Positions 8,889-18,186 of a stretch of DNA of 53,064 bases are shown here, piece after piece. Location of the stretch: IMG/VR virus record IMGVR_UViG_3300025009_000137, positions 1-53,064 of that record; one strand, given 5' to 3'. Source of the stretch: a virus (taxonomy: Duplodnaviria; Caudoviricetes). The first letter of the stretch is position 1, and every line of letters begins with the position of its first letter. The notes beneath the pieces were generated by a model. It ran no database searches and was not told where the DNA came from. It saw nothing but the letters and a program-made list of their open reading frames with translations. Made by a program: the position numbers and the translations under genes.

Positions 8889-8896
8889 ACAAATAT

Positions 8897-9080
8897 TTCA
8901 ACAAATATCGACATTGTAAGTAATTAATTTATTAACTATCTTGTCATATAACACTGACCAACATAAACTTTAACTCATTTGACAGTTGAATCTGTTCTGC
9001 TAAATCAGATTGAGTTTTTGCTGAAGGGAAATTATTTCCGTTCTGCACATTCTTATATTGATTACTTCCATGTCCACCAT
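8897..9080 (-). pseudogene. Frameshifted homolog of the 63-aa ORF at 45648..45839
   Basis: Shares nucleotide blocks with the B gene, but the frame from the ATG stops after about 26 codons. Confidence 0.4.
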
Positions 9081-9113
9081 TTTAGGACAAGGAAATTTTA
9101 AGCAGTCCTCTAA

Positions 9114-9284
9114 TCAACCCAAATACCTACAACACCCTTCACACCAATCATCACTTTCATCAATATCATTAATAACTTCTTTAATTAAATCTTGAATATC
9201 ACCAACAAATATATCTTTATCAAGTAAATTAATATGAGCTTTCATCAACTCTTTATAGACTACCAACAAATCATCTAGTGACAT
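9114..9284 (-). CDS. Hypothetical protein (56 aa)
   Basis: SD AGGAG; MSLDDLLVVYKELMK...WCEGC; homolog at 45873..46055. Confidence 0.6.
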   Translation of the reverse strand: MSLDDLLVVYKELMKAHINLLDKDIFVGDIQDLIKEVINDIDESDDWCEGCCRYLG

Positions 9285-9372
9285 AAGTTATCTTCTCCTC
9301 TATCAAATATATTTATTTAAAATAAAGTGAAAAGGCTGTCACAAATTCATGCAACAACCTTAATCACCTAAA

Positions 9373-9609
9373 CTAACTAACCCTTTTCCTCTTTAGAATT
9401 TCCTTTCTCACAAACTTGAAACTATTTAGAAACTTATGTAAATTTTTATCGTTCTTATATGTGCTTTTTAACTCAGAAATATCCTGACCAACAACCATAT
9501 AATACTTCCCTGGTTTATCCTCGTCTTCTACTAGGTCATAATCATTAATCCCCTGAGAAATCAAATAAGCCATTAGATTAACTGAATATATCCTTTTCTT
9601 ATCCACCAT
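9373..9609 (-). CDS. DUF5659-like small protein
   Basis: RIYSVNLMAYL pattern; homolog at 46329..46568. Confidence 0.5.
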   Translation of the reverse strand: MVDKKRIYSVNLMAYLISQGINDYDLVEDEDKPGKYYMVVGQDISELKSTYKNDKNLHKFLNSFKFVRKEILKRKRVS

Positions 9610-9618
9610 TTCACCTTC

Positions 9619-10260
9619 CTAACTAATCTTGCTCGCACAATTAATAAATTCAAAAATATCCATAATTTCATTCTTATTAGATTCTTCTATTGCTCTTGTA
9701 TTATAAGTAAACGGAACAACTGGTAAAACATCTTTCCATCTCCTAACGCCTATCCTGCTAACCATACTTGTACTAACATCATACATCTCAGCTATTTCTT
9801 TATGTTTCAAATTAGTATTCTGCTTGATCCACAGTATCTCTCCGGCTAATACTCTTGACAATTTTACACAATTAGGATTCTTCTCACCGGAAAACATTTC
9901 ACTCCACTTTTGTCTATGCAATTCTTTTTCTTCTGGTGTCCTAATTTTCTTTTCAGTCTTATGTATCTCTCTAATATTCAAAACAGTATCTTTTAACAAT
10001 TTTTTGTAATACTTTTCTTTCTTCAATGAATCAGTTTCATCACAATACTCAATAATTTCAAACTGCAAATTTCTCTCGTCAATAGAATTAAATAAACTCT
10101 GGATACCTTTATTCTTGTGCTTACCATGTCGAAGCAAACTAATATGGTTTGATTCCCTTGACTCCAAATCTCCAGAACCAACATACTTGAATTCATTGTT
10201 AACCCTATCAATCAACGCATAAACACCAATCTTTTCTTCAAACTTTAACTTTTTACTCAT
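9619..10260 (-). CDS. GIY-YIG endonuclease-like protein with C-terminal HTH
   Basis: GVY...YVGS, R-x3-H, H-x-N, GEKNP, KEIAEMYDVSTSMVSRI. Confidence 0.75.
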   Translation of the reverse strand: MSKKLKFEEKIGVYALIDRVNNEFKYVGSGDLESRESNHISLLRHGKHKNKGIQSLFNSIDERNLQFEIIEYCDETDSLKKEKYYKKLLKDTVLNIREIHKTEKKIRTPEEKELHRQKWSEMFSGEKNPNCVKLSRVLAGEILWIKQNTNLKHKEIAEMYDVSTSMVSRIGVRRWKDVLPVVPFTYNTRAIEESNKNEIMDIFEFINCASKIS

Positions 10261-10380
10261 AATAAAATCTCCTCCTATTAATTTTTAATTTGACTTTAAC
10301 CTCATTTTGAGATATGATTATTGTGGGATTTTATTTGATTCCCACAAAAAAATAAAAAAGGCCAATGATGGCCTTAATGT

Positions 10381-10860
10381 CTACCCTGCCAGTACCTTTA
10401 AATTTTTCATATTTCTAATATTTAACTTCTTCTCTTTCTTCCGCTTATTCCTTGCTTTCTGAATCTCATCATATTCCAACCAACCACCATCACGCATTGA
10501 ATATCCGATCCAACGATAATCAATATCTGGATACCTATAATGGAATAATTTTTTCTTTAATTTGGCTGTAGCATCTGCAAGCCCCTTAACATCCCAAACT
10601 ATAACTGAATTATCAGCATAAGTTAGAACAAAGTCCGCAACATAGTTAATACCTAAAATATTCTTACCTTTAAATTTAAACTTTGGCTGCAATTCATATT
10701 TAACTTGAAGCTGGCAATCTTTAATTGTGTTATTTTTAAGTCCAACACAAACTATATCCCGGTAATATTTCATTTCTAATTCTGAATCAAAGGTTATGTT
10801 GTTATATGTACGGTTTTGCTTGTTTTTATCTACATTAAATTTTGAACGATTCTTTTTTAT
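10381..10860 (-). CDS. DUF1064-like PD-(D/E)XK nuclease; probable ATA start
   Basis: ITFDSELE, LQVKYELQPKF, YVADF, DVKG; SD GGAGGTG-5 nt-ATA. Confidence 0.75.
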   Translation of the reverse strand: MKKNRSKFNVDKNKQNRTYNNITFDSELEMKYYRDIVCVGLKNNTIKDCQLQVKYELQPKFKFKGKNILGINYVADFVLTYADNSVIVWDVKGLADATAKLKKKLFHYRYPDIDYRWIGYSMRDGGWLEYDEIQKARNKRKKEKKLNIRNMKNLKVLAG

Positions 10861-10969
10861 ATTTTCACCTCCTCCTACAAAATAAAAAAGACTACCCAAA
10901 AATGGACAGTCTTAATTTCTAATTTAATAAATAAATTAGTATGTAATCAATGTTACGTTGATACTTAAA

Positions 10970-11305
10970 TTGTGACCGCTGTCGGTCACAACGATAACGA
11001 TGTTTTTTGCAAGTTAAAATTCCTCACTATTGCAAAACTTTTGCCCAGGCACCAGTGGGGGAATTTCATTTGCAACTTCGTCCTATTCTATTATGCAACA
11101 AACAGATAACGACCTGATACAAATAATATCACTTTCAGGTATGTACCCCTAGAGCACAGCCCCATGTAAAAATTCCTCCGGCCCCTCATTTTGAGGAATG
11201 CTTTAATATAACCATGTCGTTATTATCGACTAGGCTGTACTCTACAGCCTAATGGTAAAACTAAGTTACCATACTAAACAGTCGAAGTCATAGCGACTTC
11301 ACCTG
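10970..11305 (-). ncRNA. Candidate large structured RNA or structured DNA element
   Basis: ORF-free, GC-enriched segment with at least seven stems including long-range pairing; strand inferred from operon direction. Confidence 0.45.
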
Positions 11306-11489
11306 AAAAATCAATTTAAGCCCCAAATAAGACACTTAAAATCCTTACACCTAAACTTATACCTAATCAAATTTAGCTCCCCAAATAACCCTAAAATTTA
11401 GCCATTAACATACTTTGATAATCACCTCCAAACCCTTTAATATCAACACTTTATAAACACTTTTATAAATTATTAAATTTTCTATAAAT

Positions 11490-11738
11490 TTAGTCTATTC
11501 TACCTTCTCTAATATCCTTAATTCGTTGATGAATTTCTTCTGAAGTTAATATCTTATTTTTGGGAATATTTCTCAATGTAGCTATATTATATACATTATC
11601 ATCTTTATACTTATCTCTATACTTAGTTAACCTAACAATTTCATCATTTAATTCTAATAACTTTTCATTGTTTTTTTCTATCATTATCTTATTTTGTTGA
11701 ATTATATCGAACATATTTAACAATAATTTTTGATACAT
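11490..11738 (-). CDS. Hypothetical coiled-coil protein
   Basis: SD AGGAGG before MYQKLLL. Confidence 0.6.
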   Translation of the reverse strand: MYQKLLLNMFDIIQQNKIMIEKNNEKLLELNDEIVRLTKYRDKYKDDNVYNIATLRNIPKNKILTSEEIHQRIKDIREGRID

Positions 11739-12286
11739 AATCATCCTCCTATTTATTTTTAATTTTGCGTAAACTAATTGAAATATCAATCAGACAAGCA
11801 ATTGCTATTCCAGCTAAAAAGTAAGCATAAGACACATTTACACCTCCTCCATCAAAACACTCAGCGTAAAACTTCGCTCGTTGTATTACTGAGTGACAGC
11901 GAATTTTTTTTCCTAGTCCTTCTAATGTATTTACTTTATTTTAAGGATACCTTAATCAATCCAAGTGAAAAATTTTGCTTTTACTTTTTTGGAGTGCGAA
12001 GCACGAACAAAAAATAAAACAACTTAATTTTGAACAATATAGATTAAACTTTTAATTAATAGTTAGCCTATGGCATTGCTTTTAATATTTTGAATTCCGC
12101 AAGCTACATTCAAAATATTAAAATGGCTGTATAAAAATTTTCGTTAACGAAAATTGTTTATCCATCCAATCAATAATTTTGTTTATGATTAAATAACCAT
12201 AAATAGTTGTTATTATTGACTTTTCTTTAATCTCTAGGGACAATATTGGCGAAAAGTCTCTATAGGTTTCCGCAAATTTTGTCCCG

Positions 12287-13744
12287 TTAATTATAGTTTT
12301 CAACTACCCAAAACCTAGTATTATCAGTCTTTTTAGGGATAATCATAAATTTTAATTTAATCATTTTTAGTCCTTCATTTAACTTTGAATAGCTTCTTTG
12401 TTGCTTACTATCAACTCTTAAATCTATAAGATTAATCAATTCTTTCTGTTCTTCTTTGAATAATCTCTTACCGACAATACTTTTTAAATATTTTTTTAAT
12501 CTATCCTTCTTATAATCTTCTTCAATAATTTTATGTTTCTTTTTGTGATTTAATATTTTTTTTATGTATTTACAATAACCATAATCTCCGTATTCATTAA
12601 TTAATGCAATATCACCAATATCTAATTTACATTTAAAATACATTAATTCATTATATTTCTTTGTACCTTTATCATCCTCATTGGTAATAACATCATAAAC
12701 AATATTACTATAATCATTAGACCTGGGGAATTCTCTGATATATTCTTTAACTGTATGCTTCTTGAGAAATTCAGCTTTATAAATTTTATTTTTTAATTGT
12801 GTTTTAATTGCAGCTAATTGGTGATTACTAATATTCTTAATGTATACATAAATTTTATCATCATCGTTTTGAATTCTTCTTCTTCCTAGACATTGAATTA
12901 ATGTTCCAGTATCAATTACATCTAATACAATATGTTTAACGTCAATATCATTAATATTAACCCCTGCATCAAGGCAGGTTGTTGTTATTAATATTAATTC
13001 TTCAAATTTCTCATTGATTAACATATTTTCTATTTTCTTTTCATCTACATGCTTATAATAACCATCTTTATTACTCTTACTACAATTGAATAAGCAATAA
13101 TCTTTATACTTCTTACTTAATTCATATGCTTTCTTTGCTGATTGTATAAAGAATATACCTTTTTGATTTTTTTCTATTGCTTCTTCAATGAATTTTTCTA
13201 AAGTTTCATCATTATTATAGAATGTCAATTCAGCTATATATTTATAATCATTTGGCAATTCATAATCAATTGTTTTTAATTTCTTACTATTGTTGATATA
13301 TCCTTTCATATAGTCACCAGTTGCTGACATGAAAATTCTTGTTATATCTTGTGATAATATTTCATTAAGCGATAGATCAGTCGTTATGTTAAAACTTGCA
13401 TCACTTAGAAAATAATGGAATTCATCACACACTATATATTCGTATTCTGAGAAATCAAAATGAATTCTATAATTATGTATCATAGCTTCTAATTTTTGAT
13501 ATGTCACAATCTGAATAATATCAGTCTTACAATCACGCTCTATTTCACTTTGAAATTGATCTTTGCAATTAACTCTATGTACTAACATCAGTATTCTTTT
13601 GTTATTTTGTTTGCATAAATCATACAAGATATTTTTGATAAAATAACTTTTTCCTCTTCCAGTTCCAGCACTAATGGTTATAATATCATTAGGCTCCCAG
13701 CTTAAAACATTATTAGTTGAAATAAGTTCACTGATTCTTTTCAT
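12287..13744 (-). CDS. Superfamily 2 (DExH) helicase-like protein, possible replication initiator
   Basis: AGTGRGKS, DEFH, MSAT, TTTCLDAGVNI, QCLGRRR. Confidence 0.85.
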   Translation of the reverse strand: MKRISELISTNNVLSWEPNDIITISAGTGRGKSYFIKNILYDLCKQNNKRILMLVHRVNCKDQFQSEIERDCKTDIIQIVTYQKLEAMIHNYRIHFDFSEYEYIVCDEFHYFLSDASFNITTDLSLNEILSQDITRIFMSATGDYMKGYINNSKKLKTIDYELPNDYKYIAELTFYNNDETLEKFIEEAIEKNQKGIFFIQSAKKAYELSKKYKDYCLFNCSKSNKDGYYKHVDEKKIENMLINEKFEELILITTTCLDAGVNINDIDVKHIVLDVIDTGTLIQCLGRRRIQNDDDKIYVYIKNISNHQLAAIKTQLKNKIYKAEFLKKHTVKEYIREFPRSNDYSNIVYDVITNEDDKGTKKYNELMYFKCKLDIGDIALINEYGDYGYCKYIKKILNHKKKHKIIEEDYKKDRLKKYLKSIVGKRLFKEEQKELINLIDLRVDSKQQRSYSKLNEGLKMIKLKFMIIPKKTDNTRFWVVENYN

Positions 13745-13779
13745 TGCCTTATCCCTTTCTTTTTTGTATTTTTGATTGA

Positions 13780-13950
13780 TTAATTAGATAATTTTTGTAT
13801 CTCTTCTTTTAATCCTATATCATTTCTAAAAACAAAAACTGTTCTCTCTGGAAAATCTTTATTTGGCTTTACATCGACTATCTGAAAACCTTTTCTAAGC
13901 AATGCTCTAGCCATTTTACCTGTAAAAATTAATTTCACTTGTTCGCTCAT
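13780..13950 (-). CDS. DUF5659-like small protein
   Basis: IFTGKMARALLRKGFQIVDVKPNK...TVFVF; SD GGAGGAG. Confidence 0.6.
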   Translation of the reverse strand: MSEQVKLIFTGKMARALLRKGFQIVDVKPNKDFPERTVFVFRNDIGLKEEIQKLSN

Positions 13951-14013
13951 ATCCATCTCCTCCATATAATCCGTTTTACCGGCTGGTTCTAACTCATAAA
14001 ATTAAAATCAAAT

Positions 14014-14042
14014 ATTCTATACTAAATTCATATTATTGTCAA
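14014..14042 (-). promoter_or_regulatory. SigA promoter
   Basis: TTGACA-17-TAGAAT; equivalent TTGACA-17-TAAAAT at 48392..48420. Confidence 0.75.
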
Positions 14043-14044
14043 GC

Positions 14045-14117
14045 GAAAAAAATTTTTATTGCCTTTACTCAACTGATTTATGAGTAAAGGCAAAGGAGAA
14101 TATTTATTATGGAAAAC
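14045..14117 (-). ncRNA. Anti-RBS segment plus terminator hairpin downstream of the RNAP gene
   Basis: 14094..14117 is complementary to the RNAP start region 17068..17091; stem at 14059..14093. Confidence 0.55.
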
Positions 14118-14307
14118 TTTAATATTTGAAATAATAAAGGAATAATAGTCAATCGTGATAAAACTAAGTATGCACTCCTACTATTCCTTCTCATATTGTA
14201 TAAAGTGAAACAATGCCACAAAACCCTTATATATTAGTGTTTTATAATAATTTCTATGAATTTAAAAGTCTTTGAAAAACACTCATAAACCCTTAAATAT
14301 CAATAAT

Positions 14308-17076
14308 TTATAATAGGTTTTGAAATGCGGAATTTTTCTTTTTCCTCTTTCTATCCTTTTCCTTTTTAGCTTTATCAGCACAACTTGGACACATCGTTTG
14401 CCTATTTGATGTTCTCTTTGTCCTTCTAGTACACACAGAACATGTCATACTATCAGTACCAATATTATTTTTCAAATTATCAACTATTACATCACCGAAA
14501 ACATTGAACAAAAATTCTTTCCGGCAATCTCTATCAGTTTTATAGATATGTCTGATAACCATATCTACTGCATCTTCATATTTAATATTTTCAGCTTTGC
14601 AGAATAATCTAAATTTACGTCTTAAATCATCCCATGCTATCATAGATATTTCTTGTTTTGTCATTAATTTATTCTTAAAGAAATATTTTTGCATCTCATT
14701 ATTTAATTTATCATATTCATTAGCAACAATAGAATTAATCTCTATTTTTTTGTTTCTCAGTAAATTATCATATCTAAATGTTCCAATATTATCAAATTTA
14801 TATTTTTGTTGTGGTATAGCTTCTATTTTTTTGCAAATCCTATTAACAGTAGAATTATTTATTTTTTCAACATTGCCTTTATACTCTTTCTTCACAAACT
14901 GGAAAAAGTATGGCATTTTAATTTTATCTACTAATTTTACTATATCTACCATATAACCTTGTATTTTTGGCATATATAAAGTTTTTGCAGCATCTATAGA
15001 GAAATTATTTTGAGCAACAATTGCTTTAGATACTTCAATTTTTTCAACTTTATCATCTTCAGCAATATCAAAAGTTTTAATATCACTATTCCAGATTTTA
15101 GTTAACTTGTTAGAATACTTACCTATATTTGAATATTTAAAGGCAGTAGTAAGTGAAAAATATACGTTATCAGGATTTATTATATCTGGTTTCGCAACAC
15201 TCATTTTATAATAAAGTGGCACAATACCCTTCATATTCCTTTTGGCTATCTCAACCAATTTCCCTTTTATTACCAAAGCGGTATCCCCATCGTTATCATG
15301 CATAATGAGTTTACTGATTAAATCGTGACAGCTTGTATATACTCCATTTGTAGTAAACCAGTTTTCATTTGTATAATCACATATATTTTTTCTTACTGCC
15401 CATTCCTTAAATAGATGGGGGTTTCTATTAACTGAAATTTCTTCTTCGTCCTTGTACAGCCTACATGACACTTCTCCATCTTTGAGTAATCCTTCTGGAT
15501 TCTTTATGCCACCTAAACTATATTGCATCCATGCAAATATATCAGGAATTATGAATGTGTATTTAGCAATATCACCAATTTCAAATTTACCATATTTAGC
15601 TTCATTTTTCTTTGAATTAACAATACTTCTTAACTCTTGATTTACATGAGGTTCTTTAATCATTTCAGGATATATAGATATTGCTTGCTGAAGATATGTC
15701 TTATTTTTATTGTTAACACCTAAAATATTTAGCATAAAATCACGATTAGTACATGCTCTCATTAAGTAATCAAATGTATTATCAGTCAAACACTCTAGTT
15801 CATCATCAGTTATATCTGTCAATGTCTGCCACATTTGATAGGGAACGCTCTTATTTTTAAAATCATTTTTATTAGGTTCTATATTGCATATCGAAGCATG
15901 ACATTTATTATCTTTGAATTTATCCTTATAGTCTTGCCAACTTTTATAATAGTTGTGCATCTTGAATTGGCTCTTAAAAAACACATACCTAATATCATCT
16001 TTAAGTAAATCCCATTCCTTACCATAAATATCAATAACTTCATAATTGCCGTTGTTATAATCTTTACAGTAGGATAAATAGTCCGCACTCGTAAGTAAGC
16101 CTTTCACCCAAGGTAAGCGGACCATAAAGTTTTTCTTTGAAACACTTGGGAGCATCCACCCACAGCCATCCGAATGAGTAATAGTAATACCCATTATTCT
16201 TCTCTCAGCTATGAATGTTTCATTATCAATATAATCAACAACACCAGCAACCAGTGTTTCAAAATCATCTATTACGATAGCCTTATCAATATCGAATTTA
16301 TCCCATTTTTCTGTTGCACCTGTACAGAGTGCTAAATAACTTAAGTATTTATTGATATTGCAACCATAATACTCTTCATCATCAATAGTAAATTTTGAAT
16401 TATTAATATCCTCGACAGTTAACCCACACATTAATGTATTTTTATGCTGTTCCCATACTTTTTCTTTAATCATCACGATTCGCTTTACCCTGATCTGTCC
16501 GGCACTTGCTGTAAAAAAAATATACTGTTCTCCTAAGTATGTAAATCCATTTCTAACTAACTGCTTAAACACTGAATAATGAAATATTTCAACGATAAAC
16601 AAATCTGTTGATAACTTACTGATTTCTAATTCTAATGTTCTAGTTAAATAAGAATCATGCATTGCCACTATATTGTATTTTGATAGTTTATCAGGATTTA
16701 ACTCTCTAATTAAATCATTTGATTCCAATAGTCCTTTTAATAATTTATTTTGTTGTTTTAACTCATTTTTATATTTATTATAGTTATCATTGCATTTTAA
16801 CAAATCTTTAAATCCTTTAGATTTAACTGTTTTTTTATTTTTCTTATAAAATTTATTTACATAATATCTAAATTTATCATCTGATTGTTTCTTTTGAATA
16901 AATTCAAAAACATTATCAGGTTTCTTTTTATCGTCCAAATATTCAAGTAGCCTATATTGCTGGATTGTTTTAATTTTACCATTTAATTTTCCAATTGTTC
17001 TTCTAATTAATTCTTCCTCTTGAAAATAAAAACTCTTAGTGTTTACACTGTAAATTTGAACCTGTTTGTTTTGCAT
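14308..17076 (-). CDS. YonO-like single-subunit two-barrel DNA-dependent RNA polymerase
   Basis: FFTASAGQIR, HSDGCG, VRLPWVKG, RNPHL and catalytic DNDGD, as in SPbeta YonO. Confidence 0.85.
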   Translation of the reverse strand: MQNKQVQIYSVNTKSFYFQEEELIRRTIGKLNGKIKTIQQYRLLEYLDDKKKPDNVFEFIQKKQSDDKFRYYVNKFYKKNKKTVKSKGFKDLLKCNDNYNKYKNELKQQNKLLKGLLESNDLIRELNPDKLSKYNIVAMHDSYLTRTLELEISKLSTDLFIVEIFHYSVFKQLVRNGFTYLGEQYIFFTASAGQIRVKRIVMIKEKVWEQHKNTLMCGLTVEDINNSKFTIDDEEYYGCNINKYLSYLALCTGATEKWDKFDIDKAIVIDDFETLVAGVVDYIDNETFIAERRIMGITITHSDGCGWMLPSVSKKNFMVRLPWVKGLLTSADYLSYCKDYNNGNYEVIDIYGKEWDLLKDDIRYVFFKSQFKMHNYYKSWQDYKDKFKDNKCHASICNIEPNKNDFKNKSVPYQMWQTLTDITDDELECLTDNTFDYLMRACTNRDFMLNILGVNNKNKTYLQQAISIYPEMIKEPHVNQELRSIVNSKKNEAKYGKFEIGDIAKYTFIIPDIFAWMQYSLGGIKNPEGLLKDGEVSCRLYKDEEEISVNRNPHLFKEWAVRKNICDYTNENWFTTNGVYTSCHDLISKLIMHDNDGDTALVIKGKLVEIAKRNMKGIVPLYYKMSVAKPDIINPDNVYFSLTTAFKYSNIGKYSNKLTKIWNSDIKTFDIAEDDKVEKIEVSKAIVAQNNFSIDAAKTLYMPKIQGYMVDIVKLVDKIKMPYFFQFVKKEYKGNVEKINNSTVNRICKKIEAIPQQKYKFDNIGTFRYDNLLRNKKIEINSIVANEYDKLNNEMQKYFFKNKLMTKQEISMIAWDDLRRKFRLFCKAENIKYEDAVDMVIRHIYKTDRDCRKEFLFNVFGDVIVDNLKNNIGTDSMTCSVCTRRTKRTSNRQTMCPSCADKAKKEKDRKRKKKNSAFQNLL

Positions 17077-17247
17077 ATTAATACTTCTCCTCCTATTATA
17101 AATAAGTTTAACTTGCTCCTCCCTTTAATTTGGTTTAATTTATTGTTTAATTTTCAAAGAACTAAGGGGTAGCCATTTATGTTGCCCTGGCTACCTAATG
17201 TGATAATGTTTAGTTATCTTACAGAAACACCCATTGATTTTAATTCT

Positions 17248-17586
17248 TTAAATGCTCATTATTGAAATTCCATAACTAGTGACATCTCTAAATTCTTTCT
17301 CCTTGCCGTTTAGATAATCAGCTTCGGCAATATAGCACAAATGAATTAATTTATTATGCCTTTCCCACATGGTTTCGAAGTCTGTAACTGGAACATTTTC
17401 AAAGTCTTTTGGTTTCTCCAAACTACCTTTTAAAATAACCAAAATATCTATATCAGAGTTTGGGGTCGCTGTACCCTTTACATAACTACCGTATAGAATT
17501 ACATCAATAACTCTATCCAAGCACTCATTTTTAACGTCTGTGACAATTCTTCGCAATAATCGAACATCTAAATTGTTAATATTCAT
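17248..17586 (-). CDS. Minimal nucleotidyltransferase (MNT) domain protein
   Basis: ILYGSYVKG...SDIDILVI. Confidence 0.8.
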   Translation of the reverse strand: MNINNLDVRLLRRIVTDVKNECLDRVIDVILYGSYVKGTATPNSDIDILVILKGSLEKPKDFENVPVTDFETMWERHNKLIHLCYIAEADYLNGKEKEFRDVTSYGISIMSI

Positions 17587-17652
17587 TTTGCTCCTCTATT
17601 TTTATTATTATGGTTAGGGGTAGGTTTTGCTACCCCTAATAGCACAATGAAA

Positions 17653-17916
17653 CTATCTACCAAAATCAGTTAGAACGATATAATTACCACAATCTCTACA
17701 ATCAATTCTTACCTCTTTTAACTCTTTATCAATAGTAATATCATCAAAATCTGATATTTCCTCGATATCGTCAGTTGATGAACATTCTATAACGGTATCA
17801 CTGACATAAAATTCATTACTCCATAATTTACTATGCACATATGCCAGTTGGCCTTGAGTTTCTGGTACTAGCTCCACCATTTTTCCGCAATTTTCACAGA
17901 TAACTTGTATTTTCAT
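17653..17916 (-). CDS. Hypothetical zinc-ribbon protein
   Basis: CENC...CRDC pairs; SD GGAGG. Confidence 0.6.
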   Translation of the reverse strand: MKIQVICENCGKMVELVPETQGQLAYVHSKLWSNEFYVSDTVIECSSTDDIEEISDFDDITIDKELKEVRIDCRDCGNYIVLTDFGR

Positions 17917-18010
17917 ATTATTATTCCTCCATTTCTCATTAATTAATTTACTAAATATTTACATTTACTATAATTGCCAATTACGCATTATTAAAATAAA
18001 TAAATTGTTA

Positions 18011-18186
18011 TTGACATACTAATCTTTTTTCGTTACAATTGAACTACAGTACATATGATGTTTATGTTAATTAAGCAGAATCAAATAGCATCACTCCTTT
18101 GGTGTAAAAAAACAAGCGTAAATATTTCTAATAAACCCTTTTTACGCTTGCCAGTGAATTTTACACCATCTAATATTGCTTGTCAA
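18011..18186. promoter_or_regulatory. Convergent SigA promoters with an intervening terminator hairpin
   Basis: Plus TTGACA-17-TACAAT at 18011..18039; minus TTGACA-17-TAAAAT at 18158..18186; CAAGCGTAAA/TTTACGCTTG stem between them. Confidence 0.6.

Noticed and set aside
12118-12303. 61-aa ORF after the helicase and the 79-aa plus-strand ORF at 11778
   Set aside because: No SD, they overlap palindromic non-coding structure, and B has no counterpart.
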